DNA of 55,182 nucleotides from positions 1 to 55,182 of the forward strand of contig JAZRQG010000134.1 of the NCBI GenBank assembly GCA_045649625.1, given 5' to 3'. Made by a program: the position numbers and the translations under genes. The stretch comes from Acutalibacteraceae bacterium (lineage in GTDB: Bacteria; Bacillota; Clostridia; Oscillospirales; Acutalibacteraceae). The stretch's first letter is position 1; every line of letters begins with the position of its first letter. Shown here in pieces: positions 48,559 through 55,182 of the stretch. The notes below the pieces were generated by a model. That model had not been told where the DNA came from, made no database searches, and worked only from the letters and a program-made list of their open reading frames with translations.

Positions 48559-49051
48559 ATGATGAAAAGAATAGGTGTTTTTATCTGTTGTATTTTCTTG
48601 CTCTTGCCGGGATGTATGAATGATCCGTATTCGGAAAAAAGGCCGTTCGATTATGGCGATGCAACTTGGATTTGTGAAGAGTACGATATTTGGTTTTGTG
48701 TAGATATGGAAAAAGAGGATTATTATTATCCCGAAGGCAAAATACAACTAGATCATAATACCTATTTCTGCAAATTTTTTTATTCATCAAACTAATCAGT
48801 TATCCATTTCTGTTTACCCATTGGAGTGTGCAAATATTCCGGACATAAGACGTGACAGAGCTTCCGTTTTGGCAGAACTTCATGGTGAATGTAAATTTTC
48901 AGAAGACTCTTTCGTGCTATTTGTTGATGAAAGCAGAGACACTGTGTTTGATGGAAAAGTTGATAAAATGATATTTGGGAGACAAGAACAGGGGATACAA
49001 GAACAAAGGGAACACAGAGGGACAGTTCCTTGTATTCTTATTAACACATAG
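48559..49051 (+). pseudogene. Small lipoprotein gene split by a frameshift at a T7 homopolymer
   Basis: ORF 48559-48795 begins MMKRIGVFICCIFLLLPGC (lipobox) and stops 4 codons after the T7 run (48775-48781). The second frame is open from 48752 and continues to 49051. Removing one T joins them as ...CKFFIHQTNQLSISVYPLECANIP.... Confidence 0.55.
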
Positions 49052-49098
49052 AACACCGCATGATTTTACATCACACACAACGGATGAAAGTCAGTCAT

Positions 49099-49125
49099 CT
49101 CAGTGGACTTTCACGCTAACCGTCC
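49099..49125. repeat. Right inverted repeat
   Basis: Its reverse complement reads GGACGGTTAGCGTGAAAGTCCaCTGaG. Confidence 0.9.
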
Positions 49126-49144
49126 TCTATCTTGCTTGTGAATG

Positions 49145-49192
49145 AAGAAAAAACTGCCCATGATGTCCTGGGGGGACACCATGGGCAGTTTT
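49145..49192 (-). terminator. Intrinsic terminator of pckG
   Basis: A long interrupted hairpin, AAAACTGCCCATG ... CATGGGCAGTTTT with inner TGTCC/GGACA pairing. A U-run follows in the minus-strand direction. It starts 2 nt past the stop codon. Confidence 0.7.
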
Positions 49193-49194
49193 CT

Positions 49195-50970
49195 TTATTT
49201 CAGGTTGGCTTTCAGAGTAGCGAGTTCGGCTTTGAGTTCAGCGGGCAGCTTGTCGCCAAACTTACCGTAGAATTCTTCGATGCCGTCGGCTTCCTCTGCC
49301 CACAGCGCTTTGTCGACTTCCAAAATGGACTCGAGCGTTGCGCGGTCAAAGTCTTCCAAACCGTCGATATTGATGTCGTCGGCGTTGGGGACGTAACCGA
49401 TAGCGGTTTCATTGGCGTCAACCTTGCCCTCGCAGCGCTTGATGATCCACTCGAGAACACGCAGGTTGTCACCAAAGCCGGGCCACAGGAAGTTGCCGTC
49501 GTCATCGGTGCGGAACCAGTTGACGTTGAAGATCTTGGGAGCCTTGTCGCCGAGCTTTTTGCCCATCTCGATCCAGTGCTTCCAATAGTCACCCATGTGA
49601 TAACCGCAGAACGGCAACATGGCCATCGGATCGCGGCGAACAACGCCGACAGCGCCGGTGGCGGCAGCGGTGGTCTCCGAAGCGACAATGGAGCCTACGA
49701 ATACGCCGTGATCCCAGTTGCGGGACTGATAGACCAGCGGAGCGGTCTTCGCGCGGCGGCCGCCGAACACGATCGCGGAGATCGGCACGCCTGCGGGAGA
49801 GTCAAACTCGGAGGACAGGCAGGGGCAGTTCTGTGCGGGAGCGGTGAAACGGGAGTTCGGGTGAGCACCCTTGGAACCGTCGGTGCAATCCCACACTTCG
49901 CCCTTCCAGTTTTTCGCGTTCTTGGGCGGATTCTTATCCATGCTTTCCCACCACACGGTGTTATCGTCAAGATTATGCACCACGTTGGTGAAGATCGCAT
50001 TTTTCTTGGTGGAGATCAACGCGTTGGGGTTGGATTTCATGCTGGTACCGGGAGCCACGCCGAAGAAACCGTTTTCGGGGTTGCACGCCCACAGACGGCC
50101 GTCTTCACCGACGCGCATCCAGGCAATATCGTCACCGACACACCAAACCTTGTAGCCTTTTTCAAGGTACAGCTCCGGCGGGATGAGCATCGCGAGGTTT
50201 GTCTTGCCGCAAGCGGACGGGAATGCCGCCGCGATATAGGTGATCTCACCGTTCGGTTTCTCAACACCGAGGATGAGCATATGCTCAGCCATCCAGCCTT
50301 CGTTGCGGCCGAGGTTGGAAGCGATACGCAGAGCAAAGCATTTTTTGCCCAGCAGCACGTTTCCGCCGTAGCCGGAGTTGACCGAGATGATGGTGTTATC
50401 CTGCGGGAAATGGCAGATATAGCGCTTCTCCTCGTCAATATCACATTTGCAGTGTAAGCCGCGTACCCAGTCGTCACTGTCGCCCAGAGCGGCATATACT
50501 TCCTTGCCCATGCGGGTCATGATCGCCATGCTGATGACGACGTAGATGGAGTCGGTCAGCTCAATGCCGTATTTGGCAAACGGGGAACCGACAGGGCCCA
50601 TGGAATACGGGATAATGTACATCGTGCGGCCTTTATACGCACCGCGAGCGATGTTGTACAGCATGTCGTATGCCTCGGCGGGTGCCATCCAGTGGTTGGT
50701 GGGACCGGCATCTTCCTCTTTCTCAGAGCAGATAAAGGTGCGGCCTTCCACGCGCGCCACGTCGTTGACGGCGGACAGGTGCAGATAGCAGCCGGGTAGT
50801 TTTTCTTCGTTGAGTTTAAACAGCTCGCCGGTGCTGCAACCCTCGGCGCGCAGTTCTTCCAACTGCTCGTGAGAGCCGTCGATCCACATTACGCGATCGG
50901 GCTGTGTTAACTCGATTTTTTCCTCGATCCATTTCAAGATGGAGGGGTTGGTTGTCAATGCATTTGTCAT
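49195..50970 (-). CDS. pckG: Phosphoenolpyruvate carboxykinase (GTP)
   Basis: 591 aa with the kinase-1a motif AAAFPSACGKTNLAM, WMAEHMLILG, and FGGRR ... NWF. Confidence 0.93.
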   Translation of the reverse strand: MTNALTTNPSILKWIEEKIELTQPDRVMWIDGSHEQLEELRAEGCSTGELFKLNEEKLPGCYLHLSAVNDVARVEGRTFICSEKEEDAGPTNHWMAPAEAYDMLYNIARGAYKGRTMYIIPYSMGPVGSPFAKYGIELTDSIYVVISMAIMTRMGKEVYAALGDSDDWVRGLHCKCDIDEEKRYICHFPQDNTIISVNSGYGGNVLLGKKCFALRIASNLGRNEGWMAEHMLILGVEKPNGEITYIAAAFPSACGKTNLAMLIPPELYLEKGYKVWCVGDDIAWMRVGEDGRLWACNPENGFFGVAPGTSMKSNPNALISTKKNAIFTNVVHNLDDNTVWWESMDKNPPKNAKNWKGEVWDCTDGSKGAHPNSRFTAPAQNCPCLSSEFDSPAGVPISAIVFGGRRAKTAPLVYQSRNWDHGVFVGSIVASETTAAATGAVGVVRRDPMAMLPFCGYHMGDYWKHWIEMGKKLGDKAPKIFNVNWFRTDDDGNFLWPGFGDNLRVLEWIIKRCEGKVDANETAIGYVPNADDINIDGLEDFDRATLESILEVDKALWAEEADGIEEFYGKFGDKLPAELKAELATLKANLK

Positions 50971-51093
50971 GACGGTAATTACACTCCTTCCAGATGGAAA
51001 AATCCAAACTTTCCATTAATAGCAGTATAGCCGAAAAACACAAGGATTTCAAGGCAGAATTATGAATATATCGAAAAATATATGAAAAATGTT

Positions 51094-51115
51094 CCAAATG
51101 GCAAAACCCATTTGG
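51094..51115 (-). terminator. Possible terminator of tsaD
   Basis: CCAAATGG pairs with CCATTTGG across a 6-nt loop. On the minus strand it is followed by AACATTTTT. Confidence 0.45.
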
Positions 51116-51125
51116 GACAGGGAGC

Positions 51126-52139
51126 TTATTCGATGGATAACGTAGCACAGGCATTGAGGTCCGCACCGGCGGTGTTGCCGGCGGAAAATTCGTAATATCC
51201 TTGTGAGCCGACCATGGCGGCGTTGTCACCACACAGGGACAGCGGCGGGACGAATAATCGCAGATCGTTTTCGCGGCACACGGCTTCCATACGGCGTCGC
51301 AGTCCGGAGTTGGCAGACACGCCACCGGCGAGCACCAGCGTGTCATCACCGGTCTTTTGTGCGGCGGCGAGGAAACGAGTACAAAGGATGTCGCATACCG
51401 TATATTGGAACGAGGCGGAGAGATCGTTTGTGTTAATGGCATCTCCGCGCTGCTCGGCCTTGTGCAGCAGGTTAATGACGGCGGTCTTGAGTCCCGAAAA
51501 ACTGAAGTCGTACGGTGAGCCGTCTACGTGGGGACGGGGTAAGGAGAAGGCTTGAGGATCGCCGAGCGCGGCGGCTTTGTCCAGATGGACACCACCGGGG
51601 TAGGGCATGCCCATGGCACGGGCGGCTTTGTCGAAGCATTCGCCTGCAGCATCGTCACGCGTGTGGCCGATGACGGTGAATTTAGTATAGTCCTCAACAC
51701 GCACAATGTGGCTATGCCCGCCGGATACGATTAGGCACAAAAACGGCGGCTTGAGTTCCGGATGTGCCAGGTAATTGGCGGCAATATGTGAGCGCAGATG
51801 ATGTACCGGAACAAGAGGTAGGTTAGCGGCTGTCGCCAAACCTTTGGCAAAATTGACACCGACCAACAGTGCGCCGATCAGGCCGGGTGCGTGCGTGACG
51901 GCAATGGCATCAATTTCGTTCAGTGTCACGCCCGCTTCGTCAAGTGCCTGACGGGTGATGAGGCTGATCGCTTCCGTGTGACGTCGACTGGCAATTTCCG
52001 GGACAACCCCGCCGTATAACATGTGCTCTTTGATCTGCGAAGCCACGCAGTTGGACAACACCTCACGACCGTCGCGCACAACGGCGGCGGCGGTTTCGTC
52101 GCACGAGGATTCCAGCGCTAATATATTCAAGGAAGTCAC
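51126..52139 (-). CDS. tsaD: tRNA N6-adenosine threonylcarbamoyltransferase TsaD
   Basis: 337 aa with ILALESSCDETAAAV, HH metal motifs (PVHHLRSHI) and GGVSAN. Confidence 0.95.
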   Translation of the reverse strand: MTSLNILALESSCDETAAAVVRDGREVLSNCVASQIKEHMLYGGVVPEIASRRHTEAISLITRQALDEAGVTLNEIDAIAVTHAPGLIGALLVGVNFAKGLATAANLPLVPVHHLRSHIAANYLAHPELKPPFLCLIVSGGHSHIVRVEDYTKFTVIGHTRDDAAGECFDKAARAMGMPYPGGVHLDKAAALGDPQAFSLPRPHVDGSPYDFSFSGLKTAVINLLHKAEQRGDAINTNDLSASFQYTVCDILCTRFLAAAQKTGDDTLVLAGGVSANSGLRRRMEAVCRENDLRLFVPPLSLCGDNAAMVGSQGYYEFSAGNTAGADLNACATLSIE

Positions 52140-52582
52140 CTCTGATCCGGATAATAATAACTGTAAATGCAGGCATCCTCGGTCGGATGCGCGTAAAAGC
52201 GAGGGCGAACGCCGTCCTTGATAAAGTGGAGCGATTCATACAATGCAATGGCGGCGTTGTTGGACGCACGCACTTCGAGCGTCAGGCGTGTAAGCGAGTG
52301 TCCCTGCTCAATGGCGGTCGTAACAAGAGCGCGGGCAACGCCCTGACGGCGATAGAGAGGATGGACTGCCACGTTTGCAATAAACCCCTCGTCGACAATG
52401 TGATGGCAGCCAAGATAACCGATCACCGTGTCCCCATCCAGTGCGGTTAAAAAGCGCGCGCAGGGATTGTTCAGTTCTTCAGCCAGTGCGTCGGCACTCC
52501 ATGGATCGGAAAAGCACAGCCGTTCCAGCCGGGCAACCGCGGGAAGGTGAACGGCAGCAAGTGCTGTAACGATTAACTGCAT
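52136..52582 (-). CDS. rimI: Ribosomal-protein-alanine N-acetyltransferase RimI (GNAT)
   Basis: Contains IANVAVHPLYRRQGVARAL (the GNAT motif A) and overlaps tsaD by 4 nt. The ATG at 52582 is the likely start. The track start at 52639 overlaps the upstream gene. Confidence 0.85.
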   Translation of the reverse strand: MQLIVTALAAVHLPAVARLERLCFSDPWSADALAEELNNPCARFLTALDGDTVIGYLGCHHIVDEGFIANVAVHPLYRRQGVARALVTTAIEQGHSLTRLTLEVRASNNAAIALYESLHFIKDGVRPRFYAHPTEDACIYSYYYPDQR

Positions 52583-53010
52583 AACGTTTTGATGTCCTCG
52601 ATCAGCTGCGGAAGGGTTTCCAATAACAGGTCGCGGCATTGACGATATGCCGTTAGCGGGTAGCCGAACGGATCGGGGACCCCGCCGCCGGGGACAACGA
52701 TTTTTTCCGGATCAGCGCCATGGTAAAACGCAAGAGCTACCCCGTGTTCGGGGGCGAGCGCCACAAAAACATCAGTGTTTTTCACAATCTCGCGGGTGAT
52801 TTGCCGAGAGGTATGGTGCGAAATATCAAGCCCGATTTCATTCATGGCAGCAATGGCGTGCTCAGAGGGGATCATGCCGTCGTCGGTCATGGTGCCGGCG
52901 CTGGAAACCGTGAAATCGGTAAGACCTTGTTGTTCAAATTCACGACGCATAAGCGCCTCTAACATCGGACTGCGGCAGATATTGCCCGTGCAGACACATA
53001 AGATATTCAT
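52573..53010 (-). CDS. Low-molecular-weight protein tyrosine/arginine phosphatase (YwlE-like)
   Basis: Has the CVCTGNICRSP P-loop (CX5R-S) and a downstream DPF/DP motif. The second ATG (53010) is 9 nt from AGGAG. Confidence 0.85.
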   Translation of the reverse strand: MNILCVCTGNICRSPMLEALMRREFEQQGLTDFTVSSAGTMTDDGMIPSEHAIAAMNEIGLDISHHTSRQITREIVKNTDVFVALAPEHGVALAFYHGADPEKIVVPGGGVPDPFGYPLTAYRQCRDLLLETLPQLIEDIKTLCS

Positions 53011-53164
53011 AGTCATACGCTCCTATTGGGATTTACCACTATATTATAAAGGATAACTAACAAATACTCAACCTAAATTTACAGATTTCGAAAGATGACT
53101 TGTTTTTATTGTGAAAATGTGGCATACTCTTAGTCAGCATTACCATTGAAAGGAGAGCCCGTCG

Positions 53165-55015
53165 ATGCAGTTGTTTTCGTCACGCGACATACGTTATCGC
53201 AATCCGTTTGGAGCGGTCGAGCAAGGAACGGAGATTTTATTTCGTATTTGTTTGCCGCGAGAGTGGGGCTGTCGGGGAGCGTGGCTTGTTCATCAGAAAG
53301 ACGGGTGTTTTGCTCAGTGGGACGGAATGTTCTGGGCTGGCATGGAGGGCGATGATCGTGAATGGTGGGATTGTCGATACACCCCAGACACACCGGATCT
53401 TTATTGGTATTTTTTTGCGATCGACAGCGACGACGGCAGGCGCTATTTATCTTGCTTGCCGGACGGTTCTGCCGCGTGCGTGGATACGCCGCGTGATTCG
53501 TGGCAGCTCACTTGCTACGGCTCGGATTTGAAAACCCCCGATTGGTTGGCGGGAGGGGTGTTTTATCAGATCTTTCCGGATCGCTTTTGCTGTTCGGGAA
53601 AAGCAAAAGAAAACGTGCCTGCTGACCGCATACTTCATACGAAATGGGGCGAACAACCGCACTGGAAACCGGATGAAACCGGCGCGGTGCGTAATAACGA
53701 TTTTTTCGGCGGCGACCTGGGGGGGATTCGAAGTAAGCTGGATTATTTGAAGCGGCTGGGTGTTACCTGCTTGTATTTGAACCCGATTTTTGAATCCCAT
53801 TCCAACCACCGCTACGATACGGCAGATTACAGCCGTATTGACCCCTTGCTCGGTACGGAGGAGGATTTGAGACAACTGACGGCGGAGGCGCGCGAACGGG
53901 GGATCCGCGTTATTTTAGACGGTGTCTTTAGTCACACGGGTGCCGACAGTGTGTACTTTAATAAAAACGGGCGCTATCCGGGAGCGGGGGCGTATCAAAC
54001 GCAGGAATCGCCGTATGCGCCGTGGTATCATTTCGCACAGTGGCCGCAGGAGTATACCGGTTGGTGGGGGTTTAATACCCTGCCGGAGGTTGACGAGCTT
54101 GACCCCTCTTTCATTACCTATATAACAGGGGAGAATGGAATCGTTCGAAAATGGTTGCGTGTTGGTGCGTCGGGTTGGCGGTTGGACGTGGCGGACGAAT
54201 TGCCGGACGGCTTTTTGGAAGCGTTGCGCACCGCCGTAAAAGGAACCGACTCGGAGGCACTCGTGCTTGGCGAGGTATGGGAGGATGCCAGCAATAAGCA
54301 AAGTTATGGGCATCGCCGTCGGTATTTGCTGGGCAAACAGCTGGACAGCGTTATGAATTATCCGTTTCGTACGGCGGTGCTGGAGTTTATAAGAAACGGA
54401 AACGGCGCACACTTTTTTAACCAAATCGGCAGCGTTGTGGAAAACTATCCGCCGCAGGTCGTGCGCTTGTTGATGAACTCGCTCGGTACGCACGATACCG
54501 AACGGGCGATTACGATGCTTGCCGGTGAGCCTGCGAACGGGCGCGGCAGGCGTTGGCAATCCGAGGCACATTTATCGGATGAAGAGCGCACAGAGGGTGT
54601 TCGTCGCCTGAAAGCGGCGGCGGTGTTGCAATATTGCCTGCCGGGGGTTCCGTGCTTATACTACGGTGATGAAGCCGGCTTAGAGGGGTATCGCGATCCG
54701 TTTAACCGCGCTTGTTATCCGTGGGGGTGCGAAAACGAGGCGCTCATTGACTGGTTTTGTGCGCTTGGGCAGGCGCGCGCCGCACACGAAGCGTTTCGCG
54801 AGGGCGTGTTTGTACCGGTATACGCGGCAGAAGATACGGTTGTATTTGATCGGGTCGACGAAAACGGCACGGTGCGGTGCGCGGTCAACCGTTCAGAACG
54901 GGAAGTGCGCATTTTGCTGGATGCCGATTGGCAAACCGTTGTCGGTGATGCCGTGTTTTATCAAGATTATCTATGTTTACCACCCCTATCCGGAAGTATT
55001 TTAGTTAAAGCTTGA
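53165..55015 (+). CDS. GH13 alpha-glucosidase-type enzyme (neopullulanase/cyclomaltodextrinase-like, cytoplasmic)
   Basis: 616 aa with GH13 regions I-IV: DGVFSHTG, GWRLDVADE, GEVWED and NSLGTHDTER. It has an N-terminal Ig-like domain and no signal peptide. Confidence 0.88.
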   Translation: MQLFSSRDIRYRNPFGAVEQGTEILFRICLPREWGCRGAWLVHQKDGCFAQWDGMFWAGMEGDDREWWDCRYTPDTPDLYWYFFAIDSDDGRRYLSCLPDGSAACVDTPRDSWQLTCYGSDLKTPDWLAGGVFYQIFPDRFCCSGKAKENVPADRILHTKWGEQPHWKPDETGAVRNNDFFGGDLGGIRSKLDYLKRLGVTCLYLNPIFESHSNHRYDTADYSRIDPLLGTEEDLRQLTAEARERGIRVILDGVFSHTGADSVYFNKNGRYPGAGAYQTQESPYAPWYHFAQWPQEYTGWWGFNTLPEVDELDPSFITYITGENGIVRKWLRVGASGWRLDVADELPDGFLEALRTAVKGTDSEALVLGEVWEDASNKQSYGHRRRYLLGKQLDSVMNYPFRTAVLEFIRNGNGAHFFNQIGSVVENYPPQVVRLLMNSLGTHDTERAITMLAGEPANGRGRRWQSEAHLSDEERTEGVRRLKAAAVLQYCLPGVPCLYYGDEAGLEGYRDPFNRACYPWGCENEALIDWFCALGQARAAHEAFREGVFVPVYAAEDTVVFDRVDENGTVRCAVNRSEREVRILLDADWQTVVGDAVFYQDYLCLPPLSGSILVKA

Positions 55016-55052
55016 CAATTTTAAAAAAAGCAAAAAAAGCTTCAAAAAACTG

Positions 55053-55081
55053 TTGACAAAGCGGAAGTAGAGTGGTATTAT
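55053..55081 (+). promoter_or_regulatory. Near-consensus promoter, probably for an rRNA operon starting beyond the window
   Basis: TTGACA (55053-55058), a 17-nt spacer, then TATTAT (55076-55081), preceded by an A-rich UP-like tract. It is followed by a non-coding leader (CCTTGAAAATTAAACAATGCAAACAAAG...) typical of the region upstream of 16S genes. Confidence 0.5.
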
Positions 55082-55182
55082 AGCAAAGCTGTCGCAAAAA
55101 AGGCGGCGGCAAGGACCTTGAAAATTAAACAATGCAAACAAAGAAAGAAACACACTACCCGTTAATTAAGATTCAGAAAGAA

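Larger units (their letters stand above)
48481..49125. mobile_element. AT-rich 645-bp cassette bounded by terminal inverted repeats. It could be a non-autonomous element or an invertible segment, and it encodes no recombinase.
   Basis: The 21-bp perfect IR GGACGGTTAGCGTGAAAGTCC (48481-48501) matches its reverse complement at 49105-49125. The repeat extends to 27 bp with 25/27 identity. The interior is visibly AT-richer than the flanks. It lies between the convergent acpP and pckG terminators. Confidence 0.5.

Overview
This window is the replication-origin neighbourhood of a Firmicutes (Clostridia-like) chromosome, probably a gut anaerobe; that taxonomic guess is inference from gene content. 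Most of it is densely packed housekeeping DNA. The core order is jag-yidC-yidD-rnpA-rpmH on the minus strand, diverging from dnaA-dnaN-yaaA-recF-remB-gyrB-(two membrane genes)-gyrA-mnmE on the plus strand.

Downstream genes, in order:
- pduL, a family-4 uracil-DNA glycosylase and a DacB-like carboxypeptidase homolog
- pgk-tpiA-gpmI
- rmuC-ricT-holB (minus strand)
- znuABC and a CorC-like gene
- the 1175-aa pyruvate:ferredoxin oxidoreductase
- a MoxR/DUF58/transglutaminase-like operon
- a parS array with parA-parB, then serS and queT
- rplU-prp-rpmA-obg-mrnC, acpP, GTP-dependent PEPCK
- an LMW phosphatase with rimI-tsaD, and a GH13 glycosidase
- a probable rRNA-operon promoter at the right edge

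I found no rRNA gene, tRNA gene, CRISPR array, transposase or integrase inside the window.

Three short stretches are visibly AT-richer than their surroundings (judged by eye, not computed) and look accessory:
1. 21.66-22.98 kb holds an XRE repressor, a SLOG/DUF1273 gene with a palindromic operator, and a frameshifted deaminase gene.
2. 43.64-44.33 kb holds a small mobile-element-type gene and an XRE gene interrupted by an in-frame TAG.
3. 48.48-49.13 kb is a cassette bounded by 21-bp perfect inverted repeats. It carries a lipoprotein gene broken at a T7 tract.

Other points worth a second look:
- four copies of a TM-hairpin/YcxB-like module wedged between gyrB and gyrA
- a DacB-like protein lacking the SxxK and SxN catalytic residues
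- a transglutaminase-like protein with Ser at the catalytic Cys position
- three parS-like palindromes about 50 bp apart
- a DnaA-box/trinucleotide-repeat/AT-rich origin core in the dnaA-dnaN spacer
- a structured queT leader that may be a preQ1 riboswitch

Nothing here is a demonstrably novel multi-gene system. The IR-bounded cassette and the XRE-SLOG islet are the best candidates. Many ORF-track starts are upstream over-extensions, and I corrected them using RBS position.
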